Source: an uncultured Methanosarcinaceae archaeon (lineage in GTDB: Archaea > Halobacteriota > Methanosarcinia > Methanosarcinales > Methanosarcinaceae). Taken from it: DNA of 64,000 bases. Positions 54,298-64,000 of this stretch are shown one piece after another. The notes beneath the pieces were generated by a model. That model was not told the origin of the DNA. It was given only the letters and a program-made list of their open reading frames with translations, and did not search any database. Both the position numbers and the translations under genes were made by a program. The DNA lies in NCBI GenBank assembly GCA_963847185.1, contig CAWJYV010000008.1, positions 1,102,009 through 1,166,008 of the forward strand. The letters are read 5' to 3'. Each line of letters opens with the position of its first letter. The first letter of the stretch is position 1.

Positions 54298-55602
54298 TCA
54301 GATCTTACCTTTCTTTTTCAGGTAGAAGATCGCAGCTGCGAGAATCAGGAACAGTCCCAGCACTATAGGAACAATATTTCCCTCCTGCCTGTCTACATTA
54401 AAACTGAGGTTCTCATTGAGCCTGTGCTCTCCGAAATCATCTTCATATTCTACTACCAGGGTCACGTTATGTTCACCTGTTTTATTTGGGACAAACGTAA
54501 AAACTGCAGGGGCATCATCATCTTTATTCAGGCGCCCAAGGAAGGCATCGGTACTGCCCGAACCTTCAAGCCCTTCAAGCCTGGCTTTAACGAAGCGGGC
54601 TTCTCCTTCCCCCACATTTTCAAGTCTCAGGATCATGGAGACTTGTTGTCCTTTTACCGGTATTTCAGGATCGAACTTAAGGCTTGCAATGTTAATCTTC
54701 GCCTGGTTCAGTACGTTGACTCCTATCTCCTGAGCTTTGTCTATCTGAAAAGTCTCAGCGTCGTTTGAAGCCGTAATTCGCAGGGGAATTTTATAGGGCT
54801 GCACGTCTGCATTGCTGCCAAGAAGAAGTTTGAAGGAGAGGTTTTCGGAGCTGCCAGCACTCAGGTTTTCAAAGAAACGGACATTGTCGTCCAGAGGGAT
54901 TAAAGGTGAAGAGCTATTGAGATCAAGAATGACTCTGACATTCTTTGCATTGCCGTTTCCTGCATTTTTAACTGCTGTCTTCACATAGAATTCCTGCCCT
55001 GGAATAATGGCTCCTGAAGAATTCTCTCCATTTACGGGAAAAACCGAGGTGCCGATAAGTACGAGATCAGGATTGCCTTCAACACGGACGGGAATTCTCT
55101 TTGAAAAGCTTGTCCCGCTATTGTCCTGAATAGTAAATTCAAGCTGATAAGCTCCTGATTCTGCTTTTGGATCCACCATGAAATGGAAGTTCAGTTCGGC
55201 TTTCGAACGCTGCCTTATCCGGTCAATCTGAAAATTGAGTTCGGTATTCGTCCCGGAACCATAAGCCTGTGAGGTGCTGTACTTGAAAACAAAGGGATAA
55301 AGTTCCTCAAGCCCTATTCTCACGTTTTCCGCGGGCTCGTCTCCTGTATTTTCGATATTAATTTTCAGGAGAAAATCTTCTCCTGGCCTGGCCGGATTGG
55401 GAGTAATTTCCGAGATATAAACCTCAAGACGGGTGTTTCCGGAAACCACGGCTGCAGAGGATGTAGGAGTCAGAAGAATGATTATCATCAGTATGGCTGC
55501 GATAAGATTGAAGACAGCAGCATGGGCTGTTCCAGTTTTTTGAGATCTCTTCTTCACGACCCGAAAATTCGTTTCTGGATGGGTAAATTTCATGGGTAAC
55601 AA
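54298..55602 (-). CDS. COG1361 S-layer-domain family protein
   Basis: Repeated Ig-like units PG....I.N.G...A.NV; signal peptide; C-terminal TM plus KKK. Confidence 0.85.
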   Translation of the reverse strand: MLPMKFTHPETNFRVVKKRSQKTGTAHAAVFNLIAAILMIIILLTPTSSAAVVSGNTRLEVYISEITPNPARPGEDFLLKINIENTGDEPAENVRIGLEELYPFVFKYSTSQAYGSGTNTELNFQIDRIRQRSKAELNFHFMVDPKAESGAYQLEFTIQDNSGTSFSKRIPVRVEGNPDLVLIGTSVFPVNGENSSGAIIPGQEFYVKTAVKNAGNGNAKNVRVILDLNSSSPLIPLDDNVRFFENLSAGSSENLSFKLLLGSNADVQPYKIPLRITASNDAETFQIDKAQEIGVNVLNQAKINIASLKFDPEIPVKGQQVSMILRLENVGEGEARFVKARLEGLEGSGSTDAFLGRLNKDDDAPAVFTFVPNKTGEHNVTLVVEYEDDFGEHRLNENLSFNVDRQEGNIVPIVLGLFLILAAAIFYLKKKGKI

Positions 55603-55774
55603 TCCCTTCCTGGATGCGTAGCTTTATAGATAATAATCAACTGGGAGAACTTATAACCTTTACACTTTATTTGCAACCTTTATCAGGTTGTATTTTTTCC
55701 ACATTCCAGCCGGGTCTAGAGCATGTCATTAAAGAGAATTCTATTAAAGAGAACGGTGTTAAAGTCGCTTGGCT

Positions 55775-57151
55775 TCATTTTTTGTATTTCAGTTTCTCAA
55801 AATACTGCCTGGTCTCAGCTGTGACAACTTTTCTCAACGCGAGAAGGGCGATGAGGTTTGGGATTGCCATGAGCCCATTGACGATATCTGCGAGAACCCA
55901 GATGACGTCCAGAGTCAGGAAGGCACCTGAGGCCACTATCAGGATGTAAAGTATTTTGTAAGGAAGAATTCCTTTTATGCCGAAAAGAAATTCCGTGCAG
56001 CGTTCCCCATAATAGTTCCACCCAAGAATGGTTGTAAAGGCAAAAAAGATCAGGCCCAGGGTTACAATATAACTTCCGGCTTCTGGAAGAGCGGTTGAAA
56101 AAGCGTAGTTTGTCATATAGGCTCCTTCAAAGTCCCCAGTCCAGGAATCAGTAATGATTAATACCATTCCGGTCATAAGGCAGATGACAAGGGTATCAAA
56201 AAAGGTCCCGGTCATAGAAATCAAGCCCTGTCTGGCTGGTTCTTTTACTTTTGCAGCTGCAGCAGCTATAGGTGAACTCCCAAGGCCTGATTCGTTTGAG
56301 AAAATTCCCCGGGCAATTCCCATCCTGATAGAAAGCATTACCCCTGCTCCAAGAAAACCACCCTTTGCAGCCGTTCCGGTAAACGCAGAACTTACGATAA
56401 GAGCGAGAGTTTCAGGGAGTTTCTCAAAGTTGAATCCTATGATCACAAGGCAGCCAAGTACATAACCAACTGCCATAAAAGGTACTAAAAACTGAGCTAC
56501 AGCTGCAATTCTTCTGATCCCGCCCAGAGTCACAAAAGCCACGAGCAGACTTATAACAGCCGCACTCAGGACTTCGGGGATATCAAAGGTAATTCTGGCT
56601 GAATCGGCAATGGCGTTTACCTGTGGGAAGGTCCCTATCCCGAAAAGGGCTACATTTACGCCGAAGATGGCAAAAAGAGGGGCAAGGACTTTGCTGTATC
56701 TTTTTTGCTCCAGCCCGTTTTTAATGTAATACATGGGACCTCCCGACATCTGCCCGTTTGCATCCACTGTCCTGTATTTGACTGCCAGCAGAGACTCGGA
56801 ATACATGGTTGCCATCCCGAAAAAAGCTGCAAAACACATCCAGAAGAGAGCGCCTGGCCCTCCGGCTTTTACTGCAGTTGCAACTCCAACTATGTTTCCT
56901 GTCCCGATAGTTGCAGACAATGCAGTGCTGAGAGCCGCAAAACTCGAAACATCCCCCAGATCTCCTGCTTCGTTTCTCCTTGAATTTAGAAGGTACCTGA
57001 GCGCAAGGGGCAGCCTGAATATCTGTATTATTCCCAGTTGCCATGTCAGGAAAATCCCTGTCCCGACGAGCAAAATCAGAAGGGGAGGCCCCCAGATAAA
57101 TTTGTCTATCCTGGTAAGGATGTCCAGTATATCAATACCCAGAATTTCCAT
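55775..57151 (-). CDS. agcS: Sodium:alanine symporter (AGCS family)
   Basis: TIGTGNIVGVA, GGPGALFWM, GGPMYY, FSNESGLGS, FAFTT..W.YYGE. Confidence 0.93.
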   Translation of the reverse strand: MEILGIDILDILTRIDKFIWGPPLLILLVGTGIFLTWQLGIIQIFRLPLALRYLLNSRRNEAGDLGDVSSFAALSTALSATIGTGNIVGVATAVKAGGPGALFWMCFAAFFGMATMYSESLLAVKYRTVDANGQMSGGPMYYIKNGLEQKRYSKVLAPLFAIFGVNVALFGIGTFPQVNAIADSARITFDIPEVLSAAVISLLVAFVTLGGIRRIAAVAQFLVPFMAVGYVLGCLVIIGFNFEKLPETLALIVSSAFTGTAAKGGFLGAGVMLSIRMGIARGIFSNESGLGSSPIAAAAAKVKEPARQGLISMTGTFFDTLVICLMTGMVLIITDSWTGDFEGAYMTNYAFSTALPEAGSYIVTLGLIFFAFTTILGWNYYGERCTEFLFGIKGILPYKILYILIVASGAFLTLDVIWVLADIVNGLMAIPNLIALLALRKVVTAETRQYFEKLKYKK

Positions 57152-57257
57152 TCAAACAAGCCCCTTTTAATGGAAAAAAATAGTCTTGACCAGGTATTTG
57201 TTCAGGATTAGTCTTAAACATTGACTCTGATCCTGTTACTTATGTATATTTTAAACT

Positions 57258-57352
57258 TCAATGTTCATCTTAGACATTTTTATATCGATCTTAAATCTTA
57301 ACGTTCATCTTAGGCACTTATGTTGATCTCAGACACTTATATTGATCTTGAA
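57258..57352. repeat. Degenerate ~19-bp tandem repeat (TTATRTTSATCTTAGACAC-like) x5
   Basis: ATGTTCATCTTAGACA / ATATCGATCTTAAATC / ACGTTCATCTTAGGCA / ATGTTGATCTCAGACA / ATATTGATCTTGAA. Confidence 0.6.
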
Positions 57353-57438
57353 TGCGAGATCATATTTAAGGATTGAAGTATATTTGGAGTCCAAAATGTG
57401 AAATTGCAAAATAATCGTGCATAATAAGGAAATCTCAT

Positions 57439-57828
57439 ATGGAGAAAAATGAGCTTACTTTAAGCGTCATTGAAGGCAGGTTAGGTATCTGTAGACTGGA
57501 AAATGATTCGGAAATCCCCCCATGGGCGCAGGAAAGTAATTTCTTTTATGTAATCCGGACTTCCGAGGAACTTTCAGTAGTCTGCCAGGAAAACAACATC
57601 CCGGCAGATATCAGGGCTGAGAGAAGCTGGAGCTGCCTGAAAATCGAGGGACCTCTGGACTTCGGGCTCACTGGAATCCTTGCAAAACTCAGTCAGGTCC
57701 TGGCTGATTGCGGAATCAGTATATTTGCTATCTCGACATATGATACGGATTATGTTCTTGTCAGGGAAAAAGACCTGAATAATACGGTCAAAGCACTTTC
57801 AGAAGCAGGTTACATCTTCCTGAAATAA
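57439..57828 (+). CDS. ACT-domain protein (CASTOR/DUF2241-like)
   Basis: RTSEELSVV, GPLDFGLTGILA, ISIFAISTYDTDY. Confidence 0.9.
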   Translation: MEKNELTLSVIEGRLGICRLENDSEIPPWAQESNFFYVIRTSEELSVVCQENNIPADIRAERSWSCLKIEGPLDFGLTGILAKLSQVLADCGISIFAISTYDTDYVLVREKDLNNTVKALSEAGYIFLK

Positions 57829-57943
57829 ACTGCAGAAGCATGATTCTGAGGCAAGTCTGTAAATAGGATTATCAATTAAAATAACATCAGTTTGTATAGT
57901 CATTATAGTATCAAAAATAGTTTTAAAAAACAAAAATAAGTAA

Positions 57944-58522
57944 TTAAGCAACTTTCAATTCCATTTCATAGCAATTTTCATCCTGGCCACATACATTTTT
58001 TACTTTATTAGTCACTTCAAAGCCAGTTTTTTCATACAATCTTATGGCTGGCTGATTGTTTACATTTACATATAAGAAAATGGATGATATTCCGTTTAAC
58101 TTCATTTCTTTAATACTTTCTTTTAATAACTTCTCAGCAAGACCCTTACCTCTGAAGTCCCTGTCAATTGCAATTGAGGAAATTACCGATTTATTTTTGA
58201 AGCCACCGAAACCGAGTGTAGGCCTCAGATAATACATACAGAATCCCGCAATCTTATCCTGATCCTTAATGACATAAAAAATGTCTCTGGCATTTTTCGA
58301 ATACCTTATAAGTTTTTCCCGGTTTCCGTAATTAAATGCCTCATTTTGAATTCTGAGAAGCTCGGGAATCATGGACTCTTCTACAGATACTATATTTTCC
58401 TTCTCAATCTTTTTCCATCGCCTCAGAAGGAAAGCGCCGGCAGTATCTAACAGCAGTCTTCTAGAACTAACTAAACCCTGAGTTAATTTATTATTGATTT
58501 TTGTAAGACCGATACAAATCAC
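57944..58522 (-). CDS. RimI-like GNAT N-acetyltransferase
   Basis: IAID..FRGKGLA..LL; L.V...N..AI.LYEK.GF; start uncertain. Confidence 0.88.
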   Translation of the reverse strand: MICIGLTKINNKLTQGLVSSRRLLLDTAGAFLLRRWKKIEKENIVSVEESMIPELLRIQNEAFNYGNREKLIRYSKNARDIFYVIKDQDKIAGFCMYYLRPTLGFGGFKNKSVISSIAIDRDFRGKGLAEKLLKESIKEMKLNGISSIFLYVNVNNQPAIRLYEKTGFEVTNKVKNVCGQDENCYEMELKVA

Positions 58523-59009
58523 CTTTAAATAAGGCCATTGGGGAAATAATCTTGGAGAAGGATATAAGTCTACGAAATTGCAAAAACATACTCTACTTGC
58601 AAGTAGCAGGAATTACTTATAGCCAGATGATCAACCGAGTATAAAAACACAATTTTATTTAAACATATCTTAAGGAATAGAGTTCTTCTAATCCATATTT
58701 AAAAGAGGGAATATCTAACTAATATCGAGTTATAAGGTAAAAGAATCAATTATAACTAAATATAAATAATAGAAATATATGAAAATAACTAAAACCATAT
58801 TCTAAAAACAACTTTTATATTAGTTTCTAAGAATAATTTCTGAGACCAGTTCTATCATTGCTTCTCAGAGCCATCTCATAAAAGTGGTTTCCAGTACGGA
58901 TTTATAAGAAACAATTTGATAAGAGCAATTTGATAAGACAATTTTTGTTGCGAGAATAATTATTCGCTGAAGATTTCGGGAAACAGTGTTTTATGTAATC
59001 AAAAAAGAA

Positions 59010-59579
59010 TTAGCTAAGTTCCAACTTCATTTTATAACACATCTCATCCTGGCCACATACATCTTTTACTTCCTTGATAATTCGAAAGCCTATTTTTTCG
59101 TACAGGTGTATGGCAGAAATATTTTTTATATTTACATATAAAATCACAGAGGAGATTTTGTTTAACCTCATTTCTTTGATACTTTCTCTTAAAAGGTTTT
59201 CACCTAAACCTTTTCTTCTAAAATTGTTGTCGATCGCAATTGAATGGATTACCGAATTTTTCTCAAAGCCTTTTAGGGAAGGTATCAGTTTGAGATAGTA
59301 TATGCAATACCCCACAACCTTGTTATGATCCATGATTACATAAAATGTCTTTTTCATTTTCTTTGAATATCGTCTAACACCGTTCCGATCGCTGGTTCCA
59401 AATCCTTCTTTTTGAATTCTAGTAATTTCAGGAAGCATTGCACCATCCAGTGATACAACGTTTTCTTTCTCAACCTGTTTCCATTTATATAGAAGTAACA
59501 TCCCAATACTATCTTGTACCATTCTTTTGAAATTAGTCAAATGTATAGTGAATTTTGCCTGAACTTTTATGAGGTCCAT
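59010..59579 (-). CDS. RimI-like GNAT N-acetyltransferase (paralog of 57944)
   Basis: IAID..FRRKGLG; AIHLYEKIGF; CGQDE.CY.M.L shared; start at 59579 after an AGGTGA RBS. Confidence 0.88.
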   Translation of the reverse strand: MDLIKVQAKFTIHLTNFKRMVQDSIGMLLLYKWKQVEKENVVSLDGAMLPEITRIQKEGFGTSDRNGVRRYSKKMKKTFYVIMDHNKVVGYCIYYLKLIPSLKGFEKNSVIHSIAIDNNFRRKGLGENLLRESIKEMRLNKISSVILYVNIKNISAIHLYEKIGFRIIKEVKDVCGQDEMCYKMKLELS

Positions 59580-59832
59580 ATAAAAAATCACCTGGAAATG
59601 AAGATAGCAGTTGAAGATTTTATTTCTGGACAATTTTTAATTCACCACCCGTGAACTGGGCAGCTGGTACGCAAAAATAGTACGCAATGATTACGATTCG
59701 TAATAATCTAAAGATAGACTCCAAATAATTCGGACATATAAATAATAGACATTTTATTTAAAAACGAAATTAGATACCCGAGGTTGGATACTGAAACTTG
59801 GATACCTGCACATTTTGAATCCTCAAGCATTA

Positions 59833-60273
59833 TCAAACCTTTATCTCTTCTTCCTCAGTTTTTTCCCAAGGGAATGTTGTTAACCTTGAGTGCTTAACTC
59901 CTTTTAAGCTTAGAATTTTTTCAGTAAGTTCTACTATTCTCTTTCCCTCTCCCTCAAGGATTATTACTTCAAAGCAGGAGTTTTCTTCAATATGGAAACG
60001 CACAGACGAACTTATCAGATCCATATTTTCATGCTGAATTTTTGCCAGGCTGCTTGAGATCCCCGTTTTTGAGCAATCATATACAATAGAGATTGTTGCA
60101 GCCCTCATCCCTTCGATCTGCTGCATCCAATCATAGTGTTTATTGTATGTCCTTATAGCATCCCTTATGCCTTCAGAACGAGATGAGTAACCTCTCTTCA
60201 GGAGACTACTATCAAATTTGTCAAGGAGTTCTCCAGGCAGGGAAATCCCTATTCTCATGAGTTTATTTTCCAT
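59833..60273 (-). CDS. nikR: NikR-family transcriptional regulator
   Basis: RIGISLP..LL..FD.....GY.SRSE.IRDAIR RHH; C-terminal QH..C.EV..LKGVK. Confidence 0.88.
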   Translation of the reverse strand: MENKLMRIGISLPGELLDKFDSSLLKRGYSSRSEGIRDAIRTYNKHYDWMQQIEGMRAATISIVYDCSKTGISSSLAKIQHENMDLISSSVRFHIEENSCFEVIILEGEGKRIVELTEKILSLKGVKHSRLTTFPWEKTEEEEIKV

Positions 60274-60924
60274 AAATCCCTCCTCGGAAATTTTCCCTCA
60301 GGCTATTGTTCCTCAGGCTATTCTGCAGCTACATAACCAGAAAAATAAAATGATACCTGAAATCAGAAAAATTTCCGATATATCCCCAAATTCTCAATAT
60401 AATATTCAGAATTGTATATAATATTTTATTGTAATTAAGAGGCATAAATAGTAATCGAGAGACATATGAAATATGAGAAAGTGAAGTAAAAAGTAAAAGC
60501 ATATCAAACTTTCATCTTTTTCTTTATCTTTTTAAATCCTTTTCGATACCTGATCTAAAAACCAGCAAATTTTCTTATGCCGGAACCTTTATTTTCTATG
60601 TATAACTTGAAAGAGCTAGATATTCCTGCAGAAGAGAGCAGCTTCCGTATATAGAAAAAGGAAAGGTTTTACCTGCCAGTTCCGGATCAAAAGCTTCAAT
60701 TATCCAATTAAAGTGTCAGCAGACATGGATTATGAACTAATCTCGTGTAAATTAAAATTTTTTTGCTGATCTGCCAACTCCAGAGCAAACCTGATGATTC
60801 CCAAAAAGCTTATTAAAGGCAGAGTTCTATAGCGTGAAACACATTTGCTCTGAAAGTTCAGAATTTAGCTGACAAAGGACAATTCATCTTATCATTTAGT
60901 TAATTAATCGAGAGTTGAGAATTT

Positions 60925-61689
60925 ATGGCAATCCAGAAAGGCGATTTCATAAAGTTAAATTACACAGGTAGATTCGAAGACGGTAGGGTTTTCGACACAA
61001 CAAACGAAGAGCTTGCAAAAACAGAAGAGATTTACAATCCTCGCGGCCTTTACGGCGGAGATGTTGTTATTGTTGGAGCAGGACATACTATTGAAGGTCT
61101 TGACGAAGACCTCGAAGGAAAAGAAGTAGGGTACACCGGAACAGTTGCAATCCCTGCAGAAAAGGCCTTTGGCCCGAGCAATCCAAAGCTCGTAGAAACA
61201 ATGTCCATCACAAAGCTGCAGGACAGAAACGTCCACCCAGGCCTTTCCGTTGAGATCGAAGGCAAAAGAGGTATTGTGACCAGAGTAATAGGCCGCAGGG
61301 TCACCGTGGACTTCAACAGCCCTCTTGCAGGCAAGACCGTTAACTACGAATACACCATCGAAAAAATCCTTGATTCCGACATTGAGAAAATCCAGGGCCT
61401 GCTCGCCCTCTATACCGGCATCAGGGATATGGAAATCGATGTTACTGACGGTGTTGCAAAGATCTTCATCCCAACAGGCCTGACCTTCAACCAGCGCTGG
61501 CTCATGGCAAAGAACAGAGTCGCAACCGAACTTTTCAAATATCTCGGCCTCAAGGAAGTTCAGATCATCGAAAAGATCAACGCCGAAGCCGAAGCCAAAG
61601 AACTTGCTGAAATGGAAGCCGCAGCCGAAACTGAAGCTGAATCTGAGCCTGAAGCCACAGCTGAAGAGCCCACAGAGCCTGAAGCCTGA
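60925..61689 (+). CDS. slyD: FKBP-type peptidyl-prolyl isomerase (long SlyD type)
   Basis: GDFIKLNYTG..G.VFDTT, EKAFG, VDFNSPLAGK; acidic tail. Confidence 0.92.
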   Translation: MAIQKGDFIKLNYTGRFEDGRVFDTTNEELAKTEEIYNPRGLYGGDVVIVGAGHTIEGLDEDLEGKEVGYTGTVAIPAEKAFGPSNPKLVETMSITKLQDRNVHPGLSVEIEGKRGIVTRVIGRRVTVDFNSPLAGKTVNYEYTIEKILDSDIEKIQGLLALYTGIRDMEIDVTDGVAKIFIPTGLTFNQRWLMAKNRVATELFKYLGLKEVQIIEKINAEAEAKELAEMEAAAETEAESEPEATAEEPTEPEA

Positions 61690-61843
61690 TTTCAGTCTAA
61701 AACTACACTAAAAAAGCGAAGAGTTCATTCTCTTCGCAAATTTTATATATAATAATCTGGTTTTCTGTATACGCTTCCCGGAATGATTGAGTTATCTGCA
61801 CCATTCCATTTCCGGAAGCTACAGGAGACAATTAATTCAACCT

Positions 61844-61929
61844 GCTGAGGTAGCCCAGCGGACTACGGCGCCGGTCTTGAAAACCGGTAGTGCTCACGCG
61901 CTACGGGAGTTCGAATCTCCCCCTCAGCG
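61844..61929 (+). tRNA. tRNA-Ser(TGA)
   Basis: GCTGAGG/CCTCAGC acceptor, CCGGT-CTTGAAA-ACCGG anticodon arm, long variable arm, GTTCGAATC. Confidence 0.96.
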
Positions 61930-62462
61930 TCACTTTTTTCTAAAAGCATTTTTCTAAAGGATATTTATTTCTTATTCTTTTGAATTTGGTTGTTCATCAA
62001 CAGTAGGTTGATATTTACTCAGAACCAGTCCACTATTCACCCTACATAAATTAAAATGAGTGCTCTGGAGCTTCAGGTGAGATTATATTAGAAGTATTTT
62101 AAAAGCATCTTATATGGTCGCAAAAAAGGAAAAAATATTTTTGGAAAGATAAATTAAGATTTCTTTATTATTTAACTTTCATGCCTGCTTCATAGCCTTT
62201 TGGGAAGCAGTCACTATAACCTTTTTCGTATCCTCTGGTGAGAACCAGGCGAGGATAAAGCAACCTGAATGAGAGAAAAGAAAGATGGTCTGAATTAAAA
62301 CACAGGCATTGCGAATGACGGGAGTGGTCTTCTCATTTAATCTGCCTCCTGGATTGTGGAAGCCCGGAGCTGCAGCACGTTGTGACACCAAAAACCATGT
62401 CTCTGCAGATCCGGTGACCCTAATTTCCTGCAGTACTGACGGCTGCCGGAGGTCGAAGACTT

Positions 62463-63824
62463 TTACTGCTCAGAGTTAGCGTCCCATTGTTGCAGCTGCG
62501 GCCCGCCACGGTTGTATTCCGTCGAATCCAGAACAGCCAGCCAATCGAAATCTGTGAAGCTTTGAGGAGTCAGTGCGAAGTAGGTAGTGTTCTTCATACT
62601 GCCCGAACGAGTAGGAAGAGCTTCAATCTCAGAGGCTGGAAGCCCCTGGCCTTTGTGAGTTGGAATTAATCGCACGAGCTCTTGAGCGGCAGTCAGCTTC
62701 GCCTCAAGAGTGCCGGCTTCGGGCTGGCTGATGCCATTGGAATCAGAAACGCCAACTGCAGAACCGATTACAGCATATCGCGGGCCGAATATCTCATTGA
62801 GGTGAGATCCCACAGGCCACCATGTTAACAGGTCGGTGCCCAGTTGCCATTGTGCCTTTCCGCGTTGCAGGTGGCTGTTGTGAGCGAAGGCAAAAACTTT
62901 CCCTCTGCCACGCTCACGAGACACAATGTACGTCAGATTATCCGCCATTATAAGGTCACGGATGCCAAGACCTTCGACGAGCCGTTTGCTCGGTTTGCCT
63001 GAAATTCGCGCTAGCGTTGCATGATAGTTCAGCAACTGCCGGGCGACAGTTGCATATTGCACTGCTTCCAGATAGCGGCTTTCATCGCTCTTAGCCACTA
63101 ATTCGGGGCGGCGTAAGCGAAGTTCCGCGATGAGATCCTCAGTCTCAATCCGAAGCGCCGTAGCAGCTGGTGATAGGCCTACCGATTTCGTCGGATCCAT
63201 CATTGCAGCGGGGTTCTCCCAATCGGAGTCCTGGCCTAAAAGAGTGTCAATACGTTCACGATGCTCCTGGCCTCTGGCATTATCAATCGAGGTGAGGTAG
63301 TCGAGCACAAAATGCAGGACCTGTCTTGGACTATCGGTACCTGTCATTTCTGTGGGGCTATCGAAGCCGTAGAACCGGAGTTTGACGTGATGGGAAGGAT
63401 CGGCATTGTATTGCCCCATCCACTCCACTAGTTCTCTATTCGCGTCAAGTATGCCAAAGCCGTGGCTAAATCCCGTTTCCTGCACAGCATCATAAGATGC
63501 CGGGCCTCTACCGGCTATGTATTCGTTAACTATGTGCGCCCGAGGAAAACTGCTCTCGATAGCAATGGCGCTGTAGCCGTGCTTCTCCACCAGGCACTGG
63601 AAGAGTCGGTTGCGGAGAATAAGAATGTCCTCGCCACCGTGGAGTGCTTCTCCAAAGCCAAGTAACTCCACAGAGTCATCAAGTGCGGCAATGACCCTGT
63701 CGACGGAGGCATTGAAGGTTTCGGACGAATCGAAGGAGAAAGGAATAGCTTCGTGTAGAATCCAATCTTCGAGGGTTGTATACACCGGATCGGAGCTTTT
63801 CTGAAGAAATAAACTTTTTTCCAT
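62463..63824 (-). CDS. Erythromycin esterase family protein
   Basis: LGFGEALHG, AIAIES, RFYGFD, RD..MADN, AHNSH; start at 63824 after a GAGGT RBS (ORF open to 63860). Confidence 0.85.
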   Translation of the reverse strand: MEKSLFLQKSSDPVYTTLEDWILHEAIPFSFDSSETFNASVDRVIAALDDSVELLGFGEALHGGEDILILRNRLFQCLVEKHGYSAIAIESSFPRAHIVNEYIAGRGPASYDAVQETGFSHGFGILDANRELVEWMGQYNADPSHHVKLRFYGFDSPTEMTGTDSPRQVLHFVLDYLTSIDNARGQEHRERIDTLLGQDSDWENPAAMMDPTKSVGLSPAATALRIETEDLIAELRLRRPELVAKSDESRYLEAVQYATVARQLLNYHATLARISGKPSKRLVEGLGIRDLIMADNLTYIVSRERGRGKVFAFAHNSHLQRGKAQWQLGTDLLTWWPVGSHLNEIFGPRYAVIGSAVGVSDSNGISQPEAGTLEAKLTAAQELVRLIPTHKGQGLPASEIEALPTRSGSMKNTTYFALTPQSFTDFDWLAVLDSTEYNRGGPQLQQWDANSEQ

Positions 63825-64000
63825 TTTCTCAAGACCTCTTATTAATGTAGACAAAAACATACTTACTGGCTACCAGCTATAATTTGCTGAGAAAATCTCA
63901 CTCCCATATCAAAGGCTTTTTGCAATCACTGGGAAATTGTTTCTCCCGTATCCTGGCTTTTTCCATGGGATCGAATATTGTAAATTTACCATAATTGAAT

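Noticed and set aside
54280-54318. 18-bp duplication of the last codons and stop of the COG1361 gene; similar short duplications at 13633, 28548 and 60296
   Set aside because: Ordinary slippage duplications with no evident function
62179-62391. 70-aa ORF downstream of the esterase
   Set aside because: No RBS or recognisable domain; at most a remnant

Overview
Archaeal chromosomal window from a Methanosarcina species (16S/23S sequence and gene content). It opens inside an rRNA operon (16S, 5' end truncated; tRNA-Ala; 23S; 5S). Next come cbiZ, a frameshifted GyrI-like gene, a NosD/CASH-thioredoxin fusion, phoA and a stand-alone pstS. These are followed by the complete trpCBADFEG operon, cyclophilin, gap, FBPase/IMPase, NAD kinase, aksA, a DUF3160 lipoprotein and a frameshifted HEAT-repeat gene. 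The last third holds a MoxR/DUF58/vWA cluster, an ABC exporter with a COG1361 protein, an alanine symporter, two GNATs, a NikR paralog, SlyD, tRNA-Ser and an erythromycin-esterase-family gene. The most striking unexplained signal is non-coding: two paralogous ~190-200 nt candidate RNAs (42695-42891 and 43747-43934, minus strand). They have identically spaced promoters, base-paired 5'/3' ends and repeated CUACUCC motifs. Further sRNA candidates lie in the 15.1-16.9 kb intergenic region. There are also dispersed modular repeats, MITE-like inverted repeats and many tandem repeats. All protein calls rest on motif recognition by eye; no database search was run.
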